DNA of 64,000 nucleotides from Antedon mediterranea (Eukaryota; Animalia; Echinodermata): NCBI RefSeq assembly GCF_964355755.1, contig NC_092677.1:5664101-5728100 (forward strand), in the 5' to 3' direction. The notes beneath the pieces are model-generated. The model ran no database searches. It was not told the DNA's origin and was given only the letters and a program-made list of their open reading frames with translations. Both the position numbers and the translations under genes were made by a program. This document shows positions 52,458 through 64,000 of the stretch, piece after piece (position 1 is the stretch's first letter; the number at the start of each line of letters is the position of its first letter).

Positions 52458-55400
52458 CTAGCCTACATTACCTTTAACTTGTAACATTCCTTTACAGCTT
52501 TTCATTTTCTGTTTTCCTTCAATTTCTACTTCACATGTGTATTCTCCTTCATCTTCAGATTTAACATTTGTAATCACAAGACACCTATCTTCTGCACATT
52601 TGTATCGTGATGTTGAGTCATGTGACTGTAATGATGTCAGCAGCGTCTTTGCTTCAGCTTCATTCTTATACCACGTAACATTAAGTATGTTAGCTGAACG
52701 TTTATCATCAAGCCATTTTATGTTTAAGAACAATTTAACATAATTCACACCCTCATGGGTGGTAACATCAGGAATGTTCATATTCAAAAAACCTACAAGA
52801 AAGAAATGTTTATCAACTCAAGAAAATGATACTGTAGGATATACTTACTAATTATTTATTCTTAGTAGTAAAGTTAGATAATGTATTAAATGTAATTCAA
52901 AATAAACATGTTTCCTTATTCTTCTTTTCAAACATATTTTATGGTGGGACTGGGGGGTTGTGGTAAGCTCATATTCATATACATTCATTTATTGTTCGAT
53001 TTTCTTTACACGAACAAATAACAGATAACGTTGCAGAAGAATTAAAACCATAAACACAGAAACATTTAAATTATGAAAATGTACAATAGTTATGATCAAA
53101 TAGAACGCTTATTTCATTCAGCAGTAACAAAATACAACTATTTAATGATATAGCTTCAGGAATAATTATAATCTTCATATACATTTTCTTCAAATAATTT
53201 GTGTTTAAATATTTTGTAACAACACATTACTACATAAAAACCTCATCAAAAAGGAATAATATGTAGGCCTACGTGATTTTGTATAGTTAAAAAGAATTAA
53301 AGCTCTTAACACCAGGTATTGTAAATGAAATATTATAACATAACCTTTATTAACTGTTAGCTGTGTTTCTGCTATCAATTCTTTTCCATCAACTGACTTC
53401 ACTTCACATTGATACTTTCCAGAATCAAGACATTCAACATTCTTTATGTTCAAAGACAGAATGCCATTTTGGCTTGTTACTTCAAATCTAGAGGAGCCCT
53501 CAATCTCTGTTGTGCCATCTTCCTTAATCTTCTTCCACTTGTAACCTGTTAATGGCATATCTGCTGGTCCATATTTGCACTTCATTTCAACATTACCGTT
53601 GTCATCTGTTGAGTACTTTGGATTTTCTATTTTAATCCCTTTAAATATATGAATTTACATAATTTAAATTACACAATTGGTGGAATTTGTTTTCTATGAT
53701 TGTCCTTTACATTTTTTTTAAAATTACAAATAAAAAGTAAAATTACCACTTTTAACTGTTAGCTGTGTAACATCTTTCATTATTTTTTCTCCATCAACTG
53801 GCTTTACTTCACATTGATACTTGCCAGCATCACCAGGTATAACATTTTTTATCTTCAAAGATATAATTTGATTTAGGTAACTTGTTACTTCAAATCTGCC
53901 ATCTTTAGAACAATCCTCAATGTCTGTTGTGCCATCTTCCTTAATCTTCCTCCACTTGTAACCTGTTAATGGCATATCTGATGGTCCATATCTGCACTTC
54001 ATTTCAAAATTACTGATACCATATTCTGCCGAATACTGTCCATTTACCAATTCAATCCCTAAAGACATAACAGTAAAGGTACAAAATGCTATGCAATGGA
54101 ATTTTCTTGTTTATAATTTTCATTTTTGCAGAAATAAAGGGAAATTGGTCTTCTAACTATATTAAAATAGCATATTGATTTTGCAGTGATATTATTTGTA
54201 CTATAAATTGATTCTTGAAAACAAATAAAACTCACAACAAACAGATACATTGTTGACACCTTGACCCTGCTGTCTACTGCCATCTATACTGCATGTATAA
54301 TCCCCTGAATCAGATCTCACAGGATTAAAATATTTTAGGCTGATTCTTCCTCTACCATTTGTAACCACTTGAAAAAGAATAATTAAATGCGCATGGAGAC
54401 ATGTCTATGTAATGTGCTCTTTAATATTTGCATTGATTTCATAACACCAATTAAATTGATTTTTTATTCATTTTGTTATTTCTTAATAGAAACAAATCAT
54501 TTGAAGTTTAAAGATACATTTATCTTTAAAGATGTAATTGTCCCCCTGAAAACATTCTTAAACAATATTTTGTTGAATATGCCATGTTAATGTCACATAA
54601 TAGTTATCCACTTTGACCAAAAAGTGGATTTAAAAAAAAAATGTATTTGTCTAAAAAACTGTCGTTTAAAGCAAAAAATAGTAAAATTGGCTGCCAGCCA
54701 ATGAGTTTTTGGATGAATTTAACCATTTATTTTGTCATTTTTATAAGTGAAAACATTTGCCTTTTCCATTTTTTTCTCCAAAAGTGATTAACTTTAATAA
54801 ACTACAAAATAATCTATTCAAAGTCTGATTTTATTAATCTTCATTTTTCAGGTTGTTGTGGAAAATACGTCTTTAAATAATATAGTGTAAAACCTAATCC
54901 AGAGAGAGAGAGAGGGAGGGAGAGGAAGAGAGAGAGGGAGGGAGAGGAAGAGAGAGGAGAGGAGGGAGAGCGAGGGGGTGGAGAGGAGATATGGGGAGGG
55001 GGGATTAGTTGACTCATTGATTAAATAAGCGATCTGAGAATAATAATGCTGGATTTAATAAACAGTTGACTCGGAAAAAAACCTCAGCTTGTTGAAATGT
55101 TTTTGAGTAAGAAACGAGTTTGACCCATTTCTTAACAAGCAACTAAATAAAGACAATAATAGTTTACCTTCTTCTTCAGTTGTAGGCCTATTGTTGACAT
55201 TTCCATCAGTTGTCTGTTGATGTTCTGATACAAGTTGACTATATTCCGCATTATCAGGGATTGTCTTTGAAAAAAGAAACATTTTATATTAAAGAATTTT
55301 TCAAATAATTTACAAAACTAGATGGTACGCTCGCTTCGCTCGCGTACCATCTAGGTCGTGCCCACAGGTGGTTCTCGAATACATAATAATTTCAGCGTTA

Positions 55401-58400
55401 AAAAACTGGCGATTTCAAATGTACGTACCGCAGGACAATAATACATGTCATTTACAGGAACGAATAAATAGACTGTGATTTATGTACTCAACTAAAATTA
55501 GCACCCTGGGAATTACTTTCGAAAGAGAAACTTGTCACAAAATGAGACCAATTGTTTAAGTCAAATTTAAACAAACTTAATTTGTGTTTTGTATGTAACA
55601 TTAGGGTTGAGGGATGGGGAAGAAGATGGGTGCAAAGAGGAACAATTTTTAAATATATTCTTTATTCATTTAGTAACGAAATATTAATTGTTTACATGTT
55701 TTACAAATAATATACCACTAAACACAGTGAAACATTTCGATGTATTACTTTGTTGAAACTATCACCGTCCTAGTCGATTGAAATAGTACATTACATGTAA
55801 CGATACATCACTACGACGTGTATATGTTTATATAATGTAAAACAATTGTGAAAACCACCTCTTTTCAGGGCAAATCATAAATTCGATTTCATCGTCAATA
55901 AATATTAAATTATCTAACTCAACTTAATTAGTAGGCCTAATGGTTTTCAATTGCTTCTCAGAGCCAATTCATACTTAAGTTGGTTCCAACCCTACCCACC
56001 AAAGTTGTTCTGCGTTTAGGGCATGTGATGCACCGTAGGCCTATCCTCTACTGGCTTTACAACGCTACTCTCATGCCAGTGAGGGAAGGGTGATGTGGGT
56101 GGTTTAACTGCAATAATAAAGATTTGTACATAATATACGGCGACTGAAAACGTTAGCTCATTATCCGTTTAAAAAAAATCTATATCCAACAACCTCTGCA
56201 GCACAGATTGAAAAATAAATGAATCGAATTTCTGTTATGAGTATACAGTACTTGCCTTTACGACGCCTGAGGGAATATACACTTGTGGAACAGAGATTGG
56301 AATGTTCCATTTATCGCAAATCAATACATTTGTATAAACGTATATTAAATCCATCAAAATAGTATTTTTTAAAGAAAATCTGCCTGTCTTCAACATTATG
56401 ATGCTATACTCGAGCTGTTCAATCGGTGTTTAGCCATTAAAAACAATTATCGTAGGAGGAGATAGGAAAATGCGAAGCATCCTCGTATTATTGTCTGCGG
56501 GTACTTTTCAAGATGGACATCCATTAGACAGTGTATACCACGATTGAAAAACACCCATATTTGGGGCAAATCGCTGAACCTAAATTCGTTTTAATTGTAA
56601 AGAACTAATCATCGAACTCAATTTAATTAGTAAACAGGGTTACATCAGGTGGTTAAAATCAGTACCGAAAGTACGAACCAACTTTACATACCATCGAGTA
56701 AACATTCTAGAAATAACGCGCGATTTACCGAATTTTGCCCTTACGTAAATTTATATATAGATATACCTATATATATGTAAGTCCATCATAAGAGTACATA
56801 AAAATATAAATGAATGATAAGCATTGGCCTTATAATTGTTTAAATTAAAAGTATATTTAGGATTTTTCCGTCCAAGTTAAAACTATATATGAAGCCACCT
56901 AACTGTTTAGACAGAAGAATACACTTACTGCCAATAACAAAATAAATTTGGTTTTAACTTTAATGTCAGTCGTATTTAAAAAAAGATGTTACATACAGTG
57001 TTATGTAGGGTGAAATGCTTGAAAATGCTGATCTATGAAACCAAACCGAAAGACAAATTAATTGGGTATTATTGGTTTAGGACTTTTCTTTATCTGTTGT
57101 CTTTTATAATTTAAGTCATAAAGACAAATGGTAATAAAATGAATTCTCATCATAGCAAACCTGGTCGCCAGTAGACCTATTATTAGTTGCTGCAGCCTGG
57201 TTAGGTGAACTTGAATGAACAGGGACCTCAGCACCATCAGGACCTTCTTTTTCATTGACCATCATTTGATACTCTTCACCACTTATATTTGTATTATCAC
57301 TGCTGTAGTTAACACACAAAAAAACCGATTATTAAACTATCTTAAAGTTGTATTGTCCCCACAAACATATAAAAGAAAGACTAATAAAATCAGACTTTGA
57401 ATAGGTCATTTTGCAGCTATAATAAACTAAATCCCATTTTCTAGAAAAAAAAAAGAGCAAGAAAAATGTTTTCATTAATAATAAAATACAAAATAAACTG
57501 TTGAATTTAACCCACCATTTCTTGCTTTTAATGACAGTTTTTAAAATGGAATGTGTTTTCAATCCAATTTTTGGTAAAAGTGATGGGGACAAATCAAGTG
57601 TTGCTACAGTATCACCATTACCACTTCGAACACCACTAACTCAATAGCAAAGTTTATTATCATGATTTTTAATAAAAGGCTTTTGTAATTGTGTTCAAAT
57701 ATAATAACATATCAAGCATAGTAATGTTGCAGACTAAACTCACCTGTATTTCTTTTTATCTTTATTACTGTAATCAACTATTAAAAAAAAAAAAACAATA
57801 AAAAAAGATTAAAAAGTAATTATAGTAATTGATATTGAATCTGACACTTGAGGCATGGTTGACATGAAATTCTGTACTCTGCATGCAAAATTAACTTCCA
57901 TTAATTAAAAAAGTTCAATCTGTAAAATATACTTAGCATTAATGAAAACATTTCTTCTGGTTGCGATTCGTATAATGATATAAGTAGTTCTGGAAATATA
58001 TAGTGGCTGGAAAAGACACCAGTCGGCGTCATAACGCATCATAGCAACTGGAGAAGTCAAGCTGACAGCTAGACGAAACTGTATTGCCAACGTAAGTTTT
58101 TTTGGTTTACTATCAAAGAACTACTTATATCATTATACTTAGCATTGAAAACAAAAGACTATTGGAAACAAGCTTTTGGCTTATAACCTCTATATGAATG
58201 AGCAAACAATGTTTCTTGACCCCATTTTGAATTATTGACTGAATCAAACAAACAAACTTATTAATAGGCCAATGATCTACTCAATAAATGAAAAAAAACA
58301 ACTCACATAATTACTTACAGGATTTGTTACAGTAGTCAATACAACAAAATCCACAAAAATAAAGACAGCAATAACAGACAAACTGACGGAATGTTTTACA

Positions 58401-60270
58401 ACTACTGAATTGCTGTTGATTTGAACCAAGCACCTTGTCTTCTTTCTTTATTTCAACTGTCTTGAACCTTGCAATACTTGGACGGTATTTAAAACTCATC
58501 TCAACTGGTTCACCACCTTCAACTGTCACTGTATTAGTACCTTTATTGCTCCACTCAATATTCTTGTAATACATGAAATCTAAAAATTAAATAAAAAAAA
58601 CTAAACTGGTAAAACTAGTATTTTTTTATTTTATTAATTTAGTCCCCGAAATATTTATTTACATGAAATATTCAATAAAACCTGCAGAAAAAGGAAAATC
58701 AGAAAAATAGAAATGTTTGAAACATAACTCAGAACATAATAGTATAACATTGTCGAAGCGCTATTATGAATATGACATGTAAAATATAAAGGCACTATTA
58801 GCTTAATACATCAATTAGCTTTCTTCTTTAATTCAGATTTTTACTTACAAACAAGAAGCAGTAACCATAAGAACAAACCAACAATCAAAACAATAAGTAT
58901 GATGTACAATAAACCTGAACCTGTTGGGAAAAAAAAAGAAATTACAGTGAAAAACAAATGGATACAGAATAGTATTACAACTATATATTCTACAGATATT
59001 TAAACTACCATTATACTCTGCACATTGACGCTGGTTATAATTTCATCTTTCTTTGAATAACACAATCCAATTTAATTATAAATAAATACTGTTATTATGC
59101 ATTTTAATTTAAGTACAAGTAAGTTTAAGAGTCTGGGCAGAAAACATATTTGTTTACATATTTCAATTTGTATTGGCCACTTTTGTGTAAAGTAAATCAA
59201 GGAAAAAAAATTAATACTAATGCATTTTACTTTGCATTTGACGACTAAAGCATCATTCTAATTACGCAGTTACACTTTGATATTCAAACAAAAGGAAATT
59301 AACGTTACAAACACAAATTATAGAATACCTGTACATAATGGTACTGCAGGTTCAGAAAGATAACAGAACATGTTCATGTGTTTGGTAAAGAAGATAATTT
59401 TAAAGTGTGTCGGCTTCTTGTGGAACATGGTATGCACTTCACTGTAAATACTGTACTACGCTAGAGGTTATTGTCCAAATTTGTTTAGGTGTACTGAAGT
59501 CAATTAAATAATGGAAAGTAAAATTTAAACTATATTGCCTATGTAATTTACGTAAGGGCAAAATTCTGTAAATCGCTCGTTACTTCTCGAATTTTTACTC
59601 GATGGTATATAAAGTTGTTTCGTACTTTCGGTAGTGATTAATTAACCACCTGATATAACCATGATTATTAATACAATTTAGTTAGATAAATAGTTATTAA
59701 TTTAGGTTCAACGATTTGCCCCAAATAGTGGTGTTTTTCGATCGTAGTATACACTGTCTAATGAATGAATTAGTGAGTGAGTGGCCGAGCGGTTAAGACA
59801 GTGGAACCGTAATTACGTAGCCATAACATCGGCATGGGTTCGAGGCTCACTCACTCCATGGTTCTGGTGGTAGAACGAGTCTTCTCGGATAAGGACTATA
59901 AACCGTAGGTCCAGTGTACACATCTAGCTCGTGTGCACTTTAAAGAACCTAGTACATCTTTCGAGACAAGTAGGGGGTTACCCCGGTGTATTAGTACATC
60001 ACAGCCACTGATCATCAACTGGGCCATCTGGGAGACCAGTCTTTGACTGAAGAGGTTACCCAGTATAAATATAAATTTCAATCAATTTCAATCAATGTCC
60101 ATCTTGAAAAATACCCGCACACAATAATAAGAGGATGCTTCGCATTTACCTATCTCCATCTACGATAATTGTTTTTAATAGCTGAAAACCGGTTAAGAGG
60201 TCGAGTACAGCATCATAATGCTGAAGACGTATTTGTTTTGTGTGTGAAGTGCCTTGCGTTCACTTTGAAG

Positions 60271-60306
<36 letters not shown>

Positions 60307-63300
60307 AGTTTATTTAATTGGTACATTTACCTGGGTCACAATTCTCTAGTGCTTTAGTGTCATTAAGCTTTGAATTCACTGCATAGCATGTCAGATTTGA
60401 TTGACATATCTCATCAGTAGGCCTAATATCAATAGTTGCTGTATTTTCTCCTTCCTCAACCTCTTCTCCATCTTGTAATATCAATATTAATGATGGCTTG
60501 GGATAGCCCTCTACTGTACATGTCGCAATACCATCTTCAGATGTAAAAATAATAGAAATATCTAAAAAAAAAGGAAAGATATATGATCAGCTAATGTCAA
60601 TATTGATTTTTTACTTATTGGGTTCATAGACTTTTTAACTGTTCAAACTCGATTGAATAGCGACTCTTTATCAACTGAACTGAACTGAATTGAAACTGAA
60701 TTGAAACAATATTTCAAAATTAAACATAGATAAATTATTATTGTGCCATTATATCAGATGTTTTGCTTATATATTTATGAACCCCGTCTCATAATGTTTG
60801 TTTTGTTAAAATTATAATTACTATCTTTTTTTAGGGACCACATTGGAATTAAGCTGTTTTACTTTAAACGACTTTATGTGTTTTCCCGTGCATCGTCAGA
60901 CTTCATTAATCCCGCCATTTTTATTTGCTTTTTTGATGTATTTTAATATTTAAGGTGATAATATATATTATTGATGTATTTTATAATGTTATGTATTGAG
61001 ATGCCAAATAAATGAAAGAAAGAAAGAAAGAATCACTCTCGGCGTTGTACGGCGGAACAGGCACTAATCAATTTTTATCAAAGAACATGATTATTGACAA
61101 ACTTAAATCAATAACTTAAAACAAACACGCCACTCTCAGTAGGGGACTTTGACCAGATAGATAAGTACATATTCATATCAACATGGTGATAATGTTGTAA
61201 AAAAACAATTGTCTATCAAAATTACACATATACTGTACAGAATAGTTAATGTAAAATAATATTTACGTACAATGTACTATCAACTGTTTTCGTTCACTTG
61301 TTTTAGCATCCTCTCCTTTAAACTTATCACTTTCTGCTTTACATGTATATCTTCCACCATCTTCTTCAGTAGCTGATTTAATTTTAAGAACTGACTCTGT
61401 ACTGTTACTCGTAATCTCATATCTAGATAGGCTGTTGGTGTTGACTGTCTGTCCATCTTTATACCAAGTAATGTGAGGAATAGGATCACCATCAGGTTTA
61501 CTACAGGTAAAGGTCACTGATTGACCTTCATTGACAGTGCTTGTTGATACAGACAAAAGTGGTTGATCTATATCTGGGAAAAATAAAATCATAAATAGAG
61601 TTTTTGAGTTTAGCCTTTCTCCAGTATTCTGTAACTTTTGCACATCTATATATAAATTTACGTAAGGGCAAAAATCGGTAAATCGTGCGTTATTTCTAGA
61701 ATGTTTACTCGATGGTATATAAAGTTGGTTCGTACTTTCGGTACTAATTTTAACCACCTGATGTAACCCTGTTTACTAATTAAATTGAGTTCGATAATTA
61801 GTTATTGACGATTAAAACGAATTTAGGTTCAACGATTTGCCCCAAATAGGGGTGTTTTTCGATCGTGGTATACACTGTCTAATGGATGTCAATTTGAAAA
61901 ATACCCGCACACAATAATACGAGGACACTTCGCATTTTCCTATCTCCTCCTACGATAATTGTTTTTAATAGCTGAAAACCGGTTGAACAGTTCGAGTACA
62001 CCATCATAATGTTGAAGACAGGCCGATTTTCTTTAAAAAATGCTATTTTGATACATGTAATATACGTTTTTACAAATGTATTGATTTGTGATGATTGGAA
62101 CATTCCAAATTATTTGGTTTAACCATAGAGGTATAGATTTAGATTTATGGGCCACCTTGGAGAATAAACATAAATAGTATTGCAATGCTGTACAATACTG
62201 TTAAGGTATTAACCACTTTTGATCGCAATTTGAATCGCGAATTTCTTACTGTGAGTGTTGGTACTGTTAGATATAATATAAACAAATATACAAATAAACT
62301 TTATTACTGTGAGTGTGGGTAGGCCTTACTGTTAGATTATAAACATATAATATACAAATAAATAAACGTTATTACTGACAGTTGTTTCTCAACGTTTGTA
62401 TTAATTAATAATTTAAAAATATATAAACGTACGTAGTGGTGTATCGTTACATGTACTTTACTATTTCAATCGACTATGACAGTGAGAGTTTTAACAAAGT
62501 ATTAAATCGTAAATGTTTTACTGTATTTAGTGGTATATTATTTATAGGCCTATAAAACATTAAAAACAATATTTCGTTACTGAGTGGATAAGAATATATT
62601 TTAAATATTTCCTCTTTGTACCTATCTTCTTCCCCCATCCCTCAACCCTTAATGTTACATACAAAACACAAATTGGGTTTGTTTAAATAGTCCAAATAAA
62701 AAAATTTGACTCATTTTGTTTCTCTCTCGGAAGTAATTCCCAGGGTGCTAATTTTAGCTGACTACATAAATCATCGTGTATATTTATTCGTTTCTGAAAC
62801 CTCCATTTTTTTCTCGCTGGAAAATACTGTGTATTCGAGAACCATCTGTGGGCACGACCTAGATGGTACGCGAGCGAAGCGAGCGTGCCATCTAGTTATA
62901 GAAATGCTGCATAAAAAGCATACAGTAAACCTCTCATATCCTTTTAAATCACAGTTTTTATGTATCTTCATTAGAATGCTAAATATTAGTCAATGATTTG
63001 TTTTTAATTAAATATGGAAGCAAATTGTCTCTTTTCTTTTTGACGATCCGTTAATTTTCATGGGCAATAATGAGCATTTAGAAAAAACTTGACTTTAGGC
63101 CTAATTAACTAATACAAAATTGATTCTATTATTACTCACAATATAGAGTTAAAATAGATGGGTTTGATTCTTTAATGTATCCATTATTATTATTATATAC
63201 ATTGACATTATTCACAATCCAGTGAATCAAACAATAAAGTATTCTAATTTAGTTTTTACTTACAATATACATTTAGAATAGACGGATTTGAGCTTTTAAT

Positions 63301-63839
63301 ATCTCCATTCGTTGTTCGTATCTCGCACTGAAATGTTCGTTTAGAATCATTTCTCCTTGGCCGTGACATCACCAAGACAGCTTTCCCAGGTTTTATGTTT
63401 AATTTAAAACGTCCATTTTCTATCTTCTTATCATTCACAAGGTTTATTGTATATCCATTTTCATATAGTTCATCCCATTGTACTGCATTAGGTGTAGTAG
63501 AAGTAAATTGTGAATAATCACAAGTTATCACCACTTCAGCATCACCTTCTTTAGCTGTCTGATCAGACGTTGTCACCAACTGAGAATAAGCTTTAATAAA
63601 TACCGAATTAAAAAATGAAAAAAAAAATCAGTAGTTAAATCAGTGTATGTATTTAGTTATGATTGAAAACAAAATAACGATTGTCGCTGCATATTTTATA
63701 ACTCTATTACATCACACATTTTCACACACAAATATTGTGACACTGTTTATTATAAAACATTATTAAACAATTGACAACAACATTAGAAAACGACTTTACC
63801 CTTTTTGGTAATATCCAGCAATATTACAAGGAAACACAT
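52458..63839 (-). CDS. Gene B: shorter tandem paralog of gene A (~860 aa if it reads through to TAG at 52458)
   Basis: Open, phase-compatible exons: 63800-63839, 63264-63590, 61271-61573, 60331-60561, 58849-58920, 58319-58579, 57744-57777, 57161-57302, 55168-55264, 54236-54367, 53747-54058, 53345-53638, 52472-52792. Each is homologous to a gene A exon. The 3' end is uncertain. Confidence 0.75.
54530..54872. mobile_element. TTAA-flanked MITE (Kolobok-like)
   Basis: ttaa-agatgtaattgtcc...ggaaaatacgtct-ttaa. A related left end occurs at ~57342. Confidence 0.45.
54900..55005. repeat. Polypurine (GA)n tract
   Basis: gagagagggaggga... simple repeat. Confidence 0.9.
55318..56761 (-). mobile_element. 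Non-autonomous Helitron, diverged subfamily copy
   Basis: Same termini in reverse orientation, with a different middle (~55830-56290). Confidence 0.8.
59544..60230 (+). mobile_element. Helitron 5' fragment interrupted by a SINE
   Basis: Matches the first ~370 bp of the family on both sides of the SINE. Confidence 0.75.
59772..60095 (+). mobile_element. tRNA-derived SINE with Deu/Nin-like central domain
   Basis: A box tggccgagcgg, B box ggttcgagg, core ctcggataaggactataaaccgtaggtcc...ttaaagaacc...agtagggggttaccccggtgt, and (tcaa)n tail. Confidence 0.8.
61645..62895 (+). mobile_element. Non-autonomous Helitron, complete copy
   Basis: Same termini and near identity to 47703-49255, without the internal duplication. 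Confidence 0.85.
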
Positions 63840-64000
63840 GCCTACAAAAAACTGAAAACAAATATATTTGTTAGTGATGCCATGAAGTGCCGCTAACCGC
63901 ATAGGCCTACTGGTTTAGTTAGTTTACTATGTAGTCAAAATTGGCATCTCAGAGGACGTTTGACTAATAAGGCTCGTTGCCTTGCCTAGGTAGTTCTAAA

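Noticed and set aside
59772-59855. tRNA gene
   Set aside because: It runs into a SINE core and tail and interrupts a Helitron, so it is a SINE head.
47937-62103. Recurring short ORFs (MFHSSQ.., MRSREF.., and similar)
   Set aside because: They recur because they lie in non-coding Helitron and foldback repeats.

Overview
AT-rich, intron-rich animal DNA, probably a marine invertebrate (inferred from the repeat content). 1-14 kb is nested mobile DNA around an intact minus-strand Ty3/Gypsy LTR retrotransposon (4256-12043). 15.8-64 kb holds two tandem minus-strand paralogous Ig-superfamily receptor genes. Gene A (15790-40996, 29 exons spliced by hand into one ~1470-aa frame) encodes, in order: signal peptide, 3 Ig domains, TM, half Ig, cysteine string, a tail with six ITIM/ITSM-like motifs, the other half Ig, 4 Ig domains, and a C-terminal sialidase (GH33)-like propeller with its catalytic residues replaced. 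Gene B (52458-63839) shares the N-terminal layout but has one ITIM-like motif, a duplicated Ig exon and no sialidase that I could find. Introns carry a young Helitron family, a Deu/Nin-type SINE, LINE fragments and foldback elements. The gene models are manual and have no transcript support.
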